Part shown: one piece after another, positions 1-10,487 of the stretch
Layout: each line of letters opens with the position of its first letter
Numbering within the stretch: the first letter of the stretch is position 1
Assembly (NCBI GenBank): GCA_053919585.1
Contig: CM132809.1
Source: Euprymna scolopes
Taxonomy: Eukaryota
DNA length: 64,000 bases
Reading direction: 5' to 3' (one strand)
The notes under the pieces: model-generated
The model's input: the letters and a program-made list of their open reading frames with translations, nothing else
The model's database searches: none
Told to the model about the DNA's origin: nothing
Program-made: the position numbers and the translations under genes

Positions 1-720
1 GGCTTGACATTTACTCCTGATTTTATTTGGAACACATACATCAAATCCGTTGTCGACGTCCCTGGAAAAATGATGGGATCCTTCTATCGATCAACTTGAT
101 ATCTCACTGCTGATGCAATTCTCTATCTATTTAAGAGCCAGGTACGTCTAAGAATTGAGTACTGTTGCCACATCTGGGCAAGAACTGCTAGAAAGGACTT
201 ACCCTGCCTTGATAGAGTTCAAAATAGACTTCGTAGCCTCGTAGGATATGTCCTTTTCTCTTCCTTGCAACCTCTTACTCAGAGAAGAGATGTTGCGAGT
301 TTGTCTTTGATGTATCGTTATTTTCATTGTAAGTGCTCGACTGAGCTTCAATCTACAGTTCCCCTCGCCAAACTTTCCCAAGAAACACTCGTCTAACTGA
401 AAACACTATCAATAATTCCCCCACTCTTTATCTGTGCCTAAACCGAAACGTAGATTCCATGAAAAAAGCATCTTTCTTAGAACTGCATGCCTGTGGAATT
501 GTCTTCCGTTTTCCTGCTTTCCGGCTGACTACAATATGGTTGTCTTCAAGTTCAACGTAAACAAGTTTTAGATGAGCCTTTCCACTTAAGTTAACAAATT
601 TACCGAATTTTCATTACTATCGATTACTATATTGTCCAATTGTCTACTGTACACTATTTAACCCTTATCCTCGAGTGGCCTCTGGGTCTTGATAAGTGGT
701 GATGCCTATGTAGAAAAAAA
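1..720 (+). mobile_element. Decayed CR1-group non-LTR retrotransposon, 3' end (RT C-terminus plus 3' UTR)
   Basis: Frame 1 reads GLTFTPDFIWNTYIKSVV...LYLFKSQVRLRIEYCCHIWARTARKDLPCLDRVQNRLR, with stops and frameshifts. It is homologous to the cleaner copy at 10720-11945 (EYCCHI*, LDKVQKR, RTARLWN, FKCNVN) and ends in an A-run at ~714-721. Confidence 0.85.
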
Positions 721-721
721 A

Positions 722-1209
722 GCCGTAGGATAGTTGACCAGCGAAAATATTAGCAGGATAGTTTACTCGCGAAAATATTAGCAGGATAGTTTACCAACGA
801 AAATATTAGCATGTATGAAAATTAAGCAAGTGTGCGCGCGCTGACATTACGAGAAGAAGAAGAGAGAGAAAAGAAAGGGAAAAATGGCAGCATATGGTCG
901 AGCGTGAGAAGTAAGTTGCAAACCTGAATAAGATAGACGTGTGATGTCGAAGACGAGAAAGTGTTTGATAGGGCCGCATGAAGGTGTGGGGAGAGAGGAA
1001 ACACGTGTTATATGGTAAAGCTTTGTATGTGACATGTGTAGGAAGAAAGACTTTTGAAAGATAATGAGATGCGTTGTTTTGGATGAACCACGAATAAATG
1101 CTCTTAAAAACTGCCTAATCGGAGTTTTATTTCTTTCCTTTTTTAGTTGTGTGTTTCTTTACGACGAAGTCTTAGACAACGTGTTGGTCGGAGTGGTTGA
1201 AACGTAACA
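722..1209 (+). mobile_element. Possible solo-LTR remnant
   Basis: It has tandem subrepeats, a purine-rich tract, AATAAA at ~1093 followed by a T/G-rich tract, and ends in CGTAACA (1203-1209), a typical LTR terminus. No 5' TG terminus or TSD is identifiable. Confidence 0.3.
727..810 (+). repeat. 28-bp tandem repeat, 3 copies (aggatagtttaccagcgaaaatattagc)
   Basis: Three consecutive near-identical units start at 727, 755 and 783. Confidence 0.9.
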
Positions 1210-2482
1210 ACAATGTTAAAGTGTAAGAGCTATGTTACAGTTACTACCAGACTAAGAAACGGCTAACAATGGCTTCATCGTGTCAAACTTATTCAACACA
1301 AGATCCGAAATCTTTAATGACCTCAAACTCAAAACACTGATAATGTTGACTCGGGAAAGATTAGCCGTGTATATTACATCGTGATGTTTGATTGGAGAAG
1401 TCTTTAAATTGATTATTGCTTTGCATTGTGGTTTTAGGTTGTATTTGTTTAGTTTCTTAATCTTCCGGTAATTCAATGTGTATCCTTATAATTAATCTAA
1501 TTGTTAATCCATTGACAGGGAATTTAATCTAAAGTTTATTCATTGAAAAATGCTAACTTCTAACAACAGCGTCATAGATTAAACGCTCACATCGCCTCGT
1601 CCTGGATTACAATTAAAGGTTGTCTTTAATCCGTACTTTTAAAACATTTTTAAAACCCGACATCGATTATAAGAAGGCATGTTGTCGAAAGTTATATTTG
1701 GCTGCATTTTTTATTTTTTATTATTTTTCTTACTTTTATTCAATCCAAGGCATATTGTCACTGAAACGTCAAGGGCTATTTTGATAGAAGTCAGATTTGA
1801 TGGGGACCTTTAGGCAGCAAGATGTTTGTTAGTGTACATTTTAATTTCTGTATGTTTCTAGAGTCGAGAAAACATGGAGCAGGTAGGGGATCACATAGTT
1901 AGGCTTTCCGAGGAAAGAAGCTATCAAATTAGAAGATGTCGTGACATCTAGTGACCTCTATATAGTGAAGGGGGAAGTTTATTTGTTAGACGTGTATTAC
2001 CGCTGAGTTGGGGTATAGATGCAGTGGATTGATCTGAGCATATCCTCTGGAATTACTTGCAAAACAAGTATAAGCATGTAACTCTGCAGCGATGCGACAG
2101 AGGCTACAGATTTGCAGACGGCATGAGACCTATTAGATTTTAAAAAGTCGTGGTGTACCCTGTGGCAACTCTACTTCACTCAAACGATTGATTTATAAGA
2201 GTATATAACATAATGACAGAGAAAAGAAAATCTAGAGATTAAGATCTTGAAGCAGACTTGGCAAGATCTATGTAGTTATTTCATCACAAGATCACTGAAA
2301 ATACCTGTCTAAGAAAGTTGAACGTTGGATCTTCGAGAATAGGTGTGATAGCTCTATTCGATGTATTTAATAGTGAATCGAGTCCCATACGGTATAACGT
2401 TTCGCTGACTTCTTTCTCTTGTGAAAACCCGCTGCACGTTGATATTACGAGTTTATTTTCACGCCATTACAAAAATGATTAT

Positions 2483-2516
<34 letters not shown>

Positions 2517-2717
2517 CTTCGAAAACGCGGCTACATTAAATGGTATGTCACTATCATATTCTTGACCAATGAAATGGAGCCTTTTGTAAGCCAGATTTCG
2601 TAAATTTAGCTTTTTATTTACATTTATTTGTTCATTTATTTTTTTATTTGTTTTTCAATACAATTTATTTATTTATTCTATTTTTTATATAGTTAATTTT
2701 ATTTTATTTTCAATACA

Positions 2718-2766
<49 letters not shown>
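2718..2766. repeat. (TTA)n microsatellite (further arrays at ~2486-2515 and ~4133-4221)
   Basis: Directly visible trinucleotide runs. Confidence 0.95.
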
Positions 2767-2767
<1 letters not shown>

Positions 2768-3651
2768 GTGATTATGTGAAACATATGGATAGAGAAAGGG
2801 CAGAGGAACTGGCTAGGAAGAAAATGCATGTTCTTCCAGGATATAGCAGAAGTGGCTGATGAAAGATTATGGCAATGGCTTAGAGCTGGGTATCTGGCTA
2901 AGAGTACTGGAGCTTTTGTTTGTGCAGCACAAGAGCAGGCATTAGGAACACGATTGTTCAAAAAAGTGGTTCTAGGAAAGGAAGTTGCTGCAGAATGCCG
3001 GATTTTTGGTAATACCTCAGAGTTAATTACTCACCTTGCAGCAGGCTGTAGTGGACTGGCCCAAAGAGAGTACCGCAAAAGACACGATCGCATGGGACTC
3101 CGGATATTGGGAGGTGTGTAAGAGGGTTTGGGTGAAGTGTGCTGGAAAATGGTTTGAGGAGAAGCCTGATGAAGTGAGAACAAGTGAGAATGGCAAGTTA
3201 GAGGTATGGTGGGACAAAAGTGACATAACGACCAAGCAATTGGAACGGATTTGGTCGTCATTGACAAGGTCTCAAAACACTGGCAGATTGTAGACTTCTC
3301 AGTACCCTGTGAATGTGAGAGAGAATGAGAATGAGAAGTGGAGCAATTATGCTCCATTGGCCTTAGAGATAAAGCGTATACACGGGGTTAAAACACAAAT
3401 AATCCCAGTCATAGTTGGTACACTAGGACTGGTATCAAGTCGTCTGGAAAGACAATTGAAAAAACTACAAATCCCCGGTGTTTTAGGCGGCCTTCAGACC
3501 TCTGCAATTGTAGGTACAACCAACATCCTTAGGAAAACCCTTGATCTTTGAAGCTCCTGGTTTGAAGCCGGGATTAAGGGAAATCCTTTAGAAATGAATC
3601 CCATCCCTTTCCAGAGAGACGTACATAAACGAAATCAGAATTATTATTATT
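2767..3651 (+). mobile_element. 5'-truncated, frameshifted RLE-type non-LTR retrotransposon (R4/Dong-like): zinc knuckle plus restriction-like endonuclease
   Basis: Joined frames read WQWLRAGYLAKSTGAFVCAAQEQALGTR...CRIFGNTSELITHLAAGC (degenerate CCHC)...YRKRHD...WWD...DLVVIDK...IVDFSVP...EKWSNY..L..EIKRI...IIPVIVGTLG...NILRKTLDL* (stop at 3551). A short 3' UTR ends in attattattatt at ~3640-3651. Confidence 0.85.
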
Positions 3652-4132
3652 GGCTCACATGGAGCTTTCACACAAGTCAACAAACCATCTGATTGGAAAC
3701 CTGTGGTGTTCTCTGTAGGCTGAGTGACAACAAGCCTCCCCAAACGTCCAGTTCTCTTCACCTCCTTCGATAGCATTTGCAAATGAATTTGCATCATCGC
3801 AACAGCCTCTTACCATTGATTTCTCGCCGGCAGTGGCCATTGGTTTGTACTGGAATTTGAGTGGCACTAAGCCTCCCCAAAGTCCCAGTTCTCTTTGCGC
3901 TTGTCCAACCGAGGTCTGGCTGGCGCTCTCTCCTCGGTCTTTCAGTCCTTCTTGACCCTTCTCAGCTCTTTGGTATCACTTTTTTATTGGGAGGAGCGGT
4001 GGTGAAATTATGGGGGGATGCACGATGGGGGTGTAGAACTTGTAGATATGCAGCTTCGGTGTTCTTCATTCCCTGTAACGCTCATTTGTTATATTGTCTT
4101 CTTGTATTATTCTCCGCATTCAAGGGTTTCCC

Positions 4133-4187
<55 letters not shown>

Positions 4188-4598
4188 CATTATTATCATT
4201 ATTATTATTATTATTATTATTGAAATCTAAGCTGTTTAAAAAACAGTTTAGGTTTCAATAATTGTATTTGGCCTAAAGTCTGGATTAACTAAGAAAGAAA
4301 CAAGCAGAATATATCATAGATGGTGCCAGCATTCAGTGTTCAAACCACGTCATGAGTGATGCTTTTGTCGACTTTTTTGTCGAGTTTTTCGAAACTTGTG
4401 ACCTTGTTTAACCTTCCCGAATCAGTCGTCGACTTGAAGCAAAAAGAATTTCCGAGTTGCTCGTCGACCCACTAAACTGCCAGTGGTACATCATAAACGT
4501 AAACTGTTCATTTAAAGCGTTATACACATTTTCTCTTCTCCTTTCCTCCTTCCTATCACTCTTCCTCCTCTCTCTATCTCTCTTACACTATTACATAA

Positions 4599-4679
<81 letters not shown>
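4599..4679. repeat. (CA)n(TA)n compound microsatellite
   Basis: Direct reading. Similar (TA)n tracts lie at ~5923-5962, 6040-6108, 6656-6706, 8096-8161, 10415-10446, 10632-10719, 11945-12021, 12382-12438, 13928-13967 and 14506-14550. Confidence 0.95.
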
Positions 4680-4680
<1 letters not shown>

Positions 4681-4974
4681 TATCGATTTAATTATGCGTT
4701 CTTAAATCCTACCTTTTCGTTCCGTTAATGTATCTTAAAGTTAATTTCGACTCTCGAAACAATCAACATTTGAAGCATTTTTTTTTCCATTTAAAAGTTT
4801 CACAAAGAGTCTTCCTCATTCTGATTTGTTCATAGCGAATCATCTTATTAATTCGTTTAATGGCAAGAGAGATATTAATGATCTTTTGGTGCGCCTTTTT
4901 TGATTTATTTGTATTTATTTTTACATGGAGAATGTCACTCTATTTCATTTTAAAAGTTATTAACACGTTTTTTG

Positions 4975-5540
4975 TTGGTCTTCCGACAAAAAATGGTGGA
5001 CCTGAAAATCCCCCCCCCCTTGTCCGTGTGTCCGTCGTCTGTCCGAACATTTTCCAATGACTATGCCTTGGAATTTTTGGAAATTTTGCAAAAAAGTAAC
5101 AGAACGCATTTTCCAGGAAAACTCCGGTTGCCCCCCCCTCCCAAGTGTGCATTTCGGGTTAAAATGGCTAAAATTGACACTTTTCTGATTATTAAAAAAG
5201 TGATGCCTTTGATTTTTATAAAACTTTCTGAAAAGTTGTAACTAACTTATTGCTATGTAATTTTGTTTGTCTAATACTTCGCGATAACTCTTGAGTGTGC
5301 CGCCAGGGGCCATTTTAGGGCTAATAAAAACACTCCATTTTTGGAACGCTTTTACCGTATTAATTCAAAATTTTCTGTGTATATTTTACATGGTGCTGAA
5401 CTCAAATTTAAATATGTTAAGACATTGGGAACTTTTGGGGGGGAGCAAATGATGGATTTAGTTATTTATTTTATTTTTTTTTATTTTATTTTATTTTTTT
5501 TTGCATGGTGCAGAACTCAGATTTACATATGTTAAGGCCT
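4975..5540 (+). mobile_element. Putative non-autonomous Helentron-associated (DINE-1/HINE-like) element
   Basis: It starts after a T-run with a short GGTC...GACC fold-back, followed by a GTCY-like tract (tgtccgtgtgtccgtcgtctgtccg, ~5021-5045). An internal ~33-bp direct repeat catggtgc(t/a)gaactca(a/g)attta(a/c)atatgttaag lies at ~5388 and ~5504. The 3' end is not defined. Confidence 0.35.
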
Positions 5541-5700
5541 AAAACCGCACCGTTTGCCCATTTGCGCTAGGATTTGACGTCCCTTGGATACTTTTGGATC
5601 TAAATATGCCTCTTCACTGTGCACTCACGGTGGACCATGCATGCTTCACTTGTTAACCTATTAATATTCCTCATATACTTTGCTTTACTTGATTGCATAC

Positions 5701-5919
5701 ATTAGGTTGGCAACTAAGTTCTTGCCGTTTTTTTAATATATTTTTAATATAAAATAAGAACTAACACTGCATTCTCCATTCGTGTCCACAATTTTTCCAC
5801 AACGATCAAGGAGATTTTCAATACCTTTTCGGTATAAAATATTTGATTATAACTCGAAAAATAAAATATAACAAATAAATTTTCAAAACAATATATTTAA
5901 AAAAGCGGCAAGAACTTAG
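5701..5919. mobile_element. Mariner-derived MITE (~220 bp)
   Basis: The left end attaggttggcaactaagttcttgccgttttt resembles mariner TIRs of the TTRGGTTGGCAACTAAGT type. The right end aaaaaagcggcaagaacttag (~5899-5919) is its reverse complement, truncated at a (TA)n tract. Confidence 0.65.
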
Positions 5920-5960
<41 letters not shown>

Positions 5961-5966
<6 letters not shown>

Positions 5967-6030
5967 GTTTCTAACTAAGTTCTTGCCGCTTTTTAAATAT
6001 ACTTTTTTGAAATTTTATTTGTTATATTTA
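5961..6030. mobile_element. Second mariner-type TIR fragment, inverted relative to 5863-5919
   Basis: tattaggtttctaactaagttcttgccgctttttaaatat...ttttatttgttatattt is the reverse complement of ~5863-5919 and carries the outer TIR bases. Confidence 0.6.
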
Positions 6031-6049
6031 TATATTATTAATATATATG

Positions 6050-6108
<59 letters not shown>

Positions 6109-6111
<3 letters not shown>

Positions 6112-6523
6112 TGTCCCTTCCGTCGAGTTCGACTTATGAGCTCTGTCACAACAACTTAAGTTGTTCGAAAATGCATTCAGATCATTTGTTTATACTGCTG
6201 CAGCTTTGTGTAGAACCCGCTCTACTTTTTTGGTACAGCTGCTAATCATTCTCGGTGCAAGTAAGAACGGACAGTAGACTTCAGGTTTTACATCAGAGTT
6301 TATCCTTCTCCTAGATGTATGTCTTTTAAGAAGACTGGGGTGCATCTCTCGTAGTAAATTAAACGCGCTTGAGTTACCAACTTGGGAATTTCTATGTCTC
6401 GGCGGGGTACATACAGCGCCTAGCTCTCCTAAATGTTCATCCATCTGGTACTGGGTAGTGTCATTGGTGCGTAACTTCGGTGATCTGGCGAGAACCGGTG
6501 TGTCAGCGTGATTATGCTGTGTA
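6109..6523 (-). mobile_element. 5S rRNA-derived SINE (SINE3-type) with RTE-like body and tail
   Basis: The minus strand begins acagcataatcacgctgacacaccggttctcgccagatcaccgaagttacgc...cagtaccagatggatgaac...gcgctgt, collinear with animal 5S rRNA. The body contains ctaggagaaggataaactctgatgtaaaacc (RTE 5'UTR-like). The 3' end has a gtcg-aact-cgac hairpin, and both sides are flanked by (TA)n. Confidence 0.75.
6409..6523 (-). pseudogene. Diverged 5S rRNA-like head (~115 nt) with degenerate Pol III box A and box C
   Basis: CACCGGTTCTCG.C.GATCACCGAAGTTA.GC matches the conserved 5S core, and terminal acagc/gctgt can form helix I. Many substitutions in the 3' half and the absence of an oligo-T terminator indicate it is not a functional 5S gene. 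Confidence 0.8.
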
Positions 6524-6653
6524 TATATACATACATATATATGTGCCTGTGTGTATGTATGTATTATGTATGTATGCATGCATGTATGTATGTATGTATT
6601 TACACACATATTGTATATATATATAATGAATTAATTAATAAAGATTAATTCGT

Positions 6654-6710
<57 letters not shown>

Positions 6711-6731
6711 ATTTATAAAATATATATGGCG

Positions 6732-6787
6732 ATTAAGCTACACTGAATATTCGGCGTTTCATCCACTCTAGGATGGTTCAGGCTTAT
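6732..6787 (-). ncRNA. Type I hammerhead ribozyme motif, core-mutated copy
   Basis: The minus strand reads auaagc CUGAACC aucc-uagagu-ggau GAAA cgccgaauauucagu GUA gcuua. Stems I and II are intact, but CUGANGA is mutated to CUGAACC. Confidence 0.7.
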
Positions 6788-7134
6788 GCGCGAATTCTGT
6801 GGTTGTTTATTGTTGTTATATGGTCCTCTTCTGTTGAGGGTTTTAGTTAGCCAATCAGCTTTCTAGTATCCACCGCGCCCCTTCTTATCAGCCAATGGGC
6901 ATGCGTTTTATCGAACAAAGGATCTGTTTTAAAACTAGTTTAGTGGTTTAAGGCAGACATTTCTTTCTTTTTTTATATATATATATATAAATATCCATAT
7001 GTATACATACATATATGCATATATATATATATATATACATACACATATGGGTGATCGTTTATGTATATTCATGTTTATTTAATTTATTTGTTGATTTTTA
7101 TTGTTTTTGTTAGTTTTAAAACTATTTTGTATCG

Positions 7135-7490
7135 CTATCCTAGAGTAAATTTTATTTTGTGAACACAGTTATTTGCTATTTCTCTTCTACAGTTTAATAG
7201 ATTTTTGGGTTCTTTAAAGTACAGGATAGCAAATTGTTCATGAAGGCATAATTTACATGGGTCGTCTAAATGCCTACACGTGGTAGCTTGTCTTATTATT
7301 TTCCATTCGACTACCGGCGAATGGCCGCTTTCTTTGAGTTCCCAGTATTATTCGCTAGTGTTGTTCTTATACGGTGTTTTTTATTGTTGAATGTACTTTT
7401 GTTGTCATAGTATCGGGTTTTGAAATCTAAGGAAGTCATGCCTACGTGATATTTCTTGTTATTCGGGTTTTCTTTCGCAAATATTGTTGT
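7135..7490 (-). pseudogene. PLE GIY-YIG endonuclease C-terminal fragment (one frameshift)
   Basis: It translates as KKYHVGMTSLDFKTRYYDNKSTF...TTLAN/YWELKESGHSPVVEWKIIRQA...CKLCLHEQFAILYFKEPKNLLNCRREIANNCVHKIKFTLG*. Confidence 0.85.
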
Positions 7491-7794
7491 GAACCTCCAA
7501 ATCTATTAAACTGTAGAAGAGAAAGAACAAATAACTGTGTTCTCAAAATAAAATTTACTCAAGGATAGCGATACAAAATAGTTTTAAAACTAACAAAAAC
7601 AATAGAAAATAAACAAATAAATAAATTAAATAAACATGAATATACATAAACGATCACACATATATGTATGTATATATTATATGTGCATATATGTATGTAC
7701 ACATATGAATATTTATATATATAAAAAAAGAAAGAAATGTCTGCCTTAAACCACTAAACTAGTTTTAAAACAGATCCTTTGTTCGATAAAATGC

Positions 7795-7890
7795 ATGCCC
7801 ATTTGACTGATAGGAAGGGGCGCGGTGGATACTAGAAAGCTGATTGGCTAACTAAAATCCTCAACAGAAGAGGACCATATAAAAACAATA
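7795..7890 (+). promoter_or_regulatory. Putative Pol II promoter in pLTR (GC-rich box, reverse CCAAT, TATA)
   Basis: It contains ggggcgcggtgg (~7817), gctgattggcta (~7839) and TATAAAA (7878-7884), ~30 bp upstream of the hammerhead. The left arm shows two CCAAT boxes, at ~6851 and ~6891. Confidence 0.45.
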
Positions 7891-7910
7891 AACAACCACA
7901 GAATTCGCGC

Positions 7911-7966
7911 ATAAGCCTGACGAATCCTAGAGTGGATGAAACGCCGAATATTCAGTGTAACTTAAT
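7911..7966 (+). ncRNA. Type I hammerhead ribozyme in PLE pLTR
   Basis: It reads uaagc CUGACGA aucc-uagagu-ggau GAAA c...GUA acuua. The catalytic core is complete, stem II has 4 bp, stem III is near-palindromic (acgccgaauauucagugu), and cleavage is predicted after GUA at 7959. There is one mismatch at the base of stem I. Confidence 0.85.
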
Positions 7967-8094
7967 CGCCATATATATTTTATAAATTACTAACTAGCTC
8001 TACCTACGTATTGCGCACTTTTGAAGTAAATACTTAAAGTTTAAGCATAAATCTATACTGTCGTATATTAATTTTATGTGAGTAAATGAAGTAG

Positions 8095-8155
<61 letters not shown>

Positions 8156-8214
8156 TATATATGTAACGAATTTTAAGTAAAATATATTTATTATTTTATT
8201 TTATATTTTATTAA

Positions 8215-8690
8215 TCTTTTTACACGAGAGTTGTAATCTGGGCTAAAAGGTCACTCGAGGATACGTGTTAATACGTGCCAGGTGGTCGGTGAGACAGTAT
8301 TGTAATGATCAGTAGTGGTGGAAATTGTGTAGAATTTGATTATTTTAGATGATAACTGAACATGAACTTGTTTACATTGAACTTTAAAACATCATCAGCT
8401 GAAAGAGAGTCCCCCGGTATATAGTTCTACAAGCAGACAGTTTAAGGAAAGAACCCCTGTTCATGAAAATTATGTTTTTTTTTAAGTACAGATAGAGTGT
8501 ATAGGAAATTGTTGATAGTGGTTCTTTGATGTTAATTTTTTGCAGAAAGAAACCATAGATTAAAGTTCAGTTAAGCACTTGCAATGAAAATAACAATAGA
8601 GCAGGGAAAGCCTAGAAACGTCTTTTCTGTGCGAAAGAAGTTGCAAGGAGTTAAAAAGGCATCGCCTATTGATATTATCGCAAAGCAGGG
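8215..8690 (-). mobile_element. Decayed CR1-group LINE 3' fragment, same family as 1-720
   Basis: The reverse complement aligns by eye with ~250-700 (ccttgcaac...gttattttcattg(c/t)aagtgct...aagttcaa(t/c)gtaaacaagtt...tatcctcgagtg). Confidence 0.75.
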
Positions 8691-9418
8691 CACATTTACA
8701 CTGCGGCATAAGGGACAAATTGTTAGAAAGTGTCCGAGCAGAAGCAGTAAATTATCCTTTTATCTATCTATCTATATATCTATCTATCTATCTATCTAGT
8801 GATCAGTGGATAACAGAGATTTGAAGACATGTTTTGACAACATGTCAAACTGTGACCGGTCAAGTTTGCATCGGAAGTTGCAAATGGAAACTGGAGGTGA
8901 CGTGTCATATGTCACGTGTTCCAGTTTGCGCAAGCTTAGTTGGCAGTCAGATTTGAAACATCTATAAAGACAGATGGGCCAGAAATGGATCTCTCCATAA
9001 GAGGAAAGAAGTCTCAGAATGGAGGCATAGAACTCCCTCCACCAAGCCAAAGATCGTTGGTTACTTCATCTCTGCTATTATAACAAATATCTGGGAGTGA
9101 ATAAAATATACAAAAACACATACCGTCTTGATCTGTCTTGTGAAGTGTCTCCCTTAAAGCAGCTCCGACTCTCCAAGAAACTCCCAGAAGAAACAATAGC
9201 AGAGCAGGTATGTTATTATGTATCTGTTATGTTATATGTTCTAACACGCGCGCGTAAACATCACTAGATGAAAGGAATACGGGCCCCAAGATACATAATA
9301 AGAATACAAGGACTACAGTCCGTTACACAACGTACATAGAGACATATACGTGATCCGTTTATGATACGAACAGAAAAGATATTGGAAGTGCGACGTATAG
9401 AACTCTCCTCGATGCAAA

Positions 9419-9467
9419 TATGTAGCACCTCGAACCTCGAAAATGGAATGGTTCGAGGTGCTACATA
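9419..9467. repeat. Perfect 18-bp inverted repeat with 13-nt loop
   Basis: tatgtagcacctcgaacc / ggttcgaggtgctacata. Confidence 0.9.
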
Positions 9468-9795
9468 GAGCGGACTCCAGAAACCATTTAAAGATTTTGA
9501 AGTCTGTCTCTATTGCGGTGCGTAAGCCTTCTTTGTGCCGGCAAAAGGAAACAGTAAACGCATTGTTTCTCTTTGGGGAACTTTGAATCTTTTCTCCCGT
9601 TTTTTTTTTCTCCCTCGTTGTGCCAATATTTTAATCGTTTTTAAACGTTAATAAACTTAATTTTAGTTGTCCCCGTACTTTTGGCACATTCAATAGTTCC
9701 CCATTAGAACTCTTTAAAGTTTCGACATAATATTATTTTGTACGCTATCGATTTTCTCCTGAGGAGATGATAGCCGAAAGAGCTCTTGAGAAACT

Positions 9796-10015
9796 NNNNN
9801 NNNNNNNNNNNNNNNNNNNNNNNNNNNNNNNNNNNNNNNNNNNNNNNNNNNNNNNNNNNNNNNNNNNNNNNNNNNNNNNNNNNNNNNNNNNNNNNNNNNN
9901 NNNNNNNNNNNNNNNNNNNNNNNNNNNNNNNNNNNNNNNNNNNNNNNNNNNNNNNNNNNNNNNNNNNNNNNNNNNNNNNNNNNNNNNNNNNNNNNNNNNN
10001 NNNNNNNNNNNNNNN
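9796..10015. other. Assembly gap (220 N)
   Basis: Run of N. Confidence 1.
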
Positions 10016-10412
10016 AAGAAGACAGATAAATTGTTTTGGCATAAATCGCTGAACTTTTACAGTAACTAGCGAATATCCTCCCACTCTTCCTATTCTATTG
10101 AACACGCATCAAATCAATAATCTGGTTTGGTAGTCGATTTGAATTAAGTTTAACTCCTCTTCGATTACGCTCTTAAGTTTGTTTCTCTAGTAATGAATTT
10201 ATTACTTTTCAAAAATTAAACTTTTTCCACTTCTTGGACACACACAAATAATTAGAACCATTGAAGCATTTGGAATCAGCTTATTAATCAATATTACATT
10301 TTCTTTTTTACTTTACGTTAACGTGAATCTTGAGTTAATTCGTATTCATTTCAATCTCCCTATATCTATTCAACTCTGATTTATACATGTTAATCTCTTC
10401 ATATCCCGTCTC

Positions 10413-10450
<38 letters not shown>

Positions 10451-10487
10451 AGAGAGAGAGAGAGAGAGACAGAAAGACGAACAGACA

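Larger units (their letters stand above)
6706..8098. mobile_element. Penelope-like element remnant with inverted pseudo-LTRs (arms 6706-7212 and 7491-7992; right arm continues into 5' UTR to ~8098)
   Basis: The ~505-bp arms are clear reverse complements with scattered mismatches. The spacer encodes a GIY-YIG C-terminus on the minus strand. Positions 8000-8098 match the reverse complement of ~16300-16397, the 5' UTR of the PLE ORF there. Confidence 0.9.

Noticed and set aside
1550-2480. Possible decayed coding or TE sequence
   Set aside because: I found no recognisable motif in the frames I could read, so it is left unannotated.
3861-4705. ORFs with poly-Y, poly-I or YI runs (also 2318-2603, 10538-10738, 11840-12022, 13168-13392)
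   Set aside because: These are translations of microsatellites.
6409-6523. Functional 5S rRNA gene
   Set aside because: The 3' half is too diverged, there is no T-run terminator, it is not in a tandem array, and it continues into a SINE-like body.
6190-6609. 139-aa ORF as a real gene
   Set aside because: It starts in microsatellite-like sequence and runs through the 5S-derived SINE, so it is a chance open frame.
8162-9327. Intact solo LTR bounded by TGTAACG...CGTTACA
   Set aside because: The termini match, but there is no target-site duplication and the interval contains a CR1 fragment and a microsatellite, so it cannot be supported as one unit.
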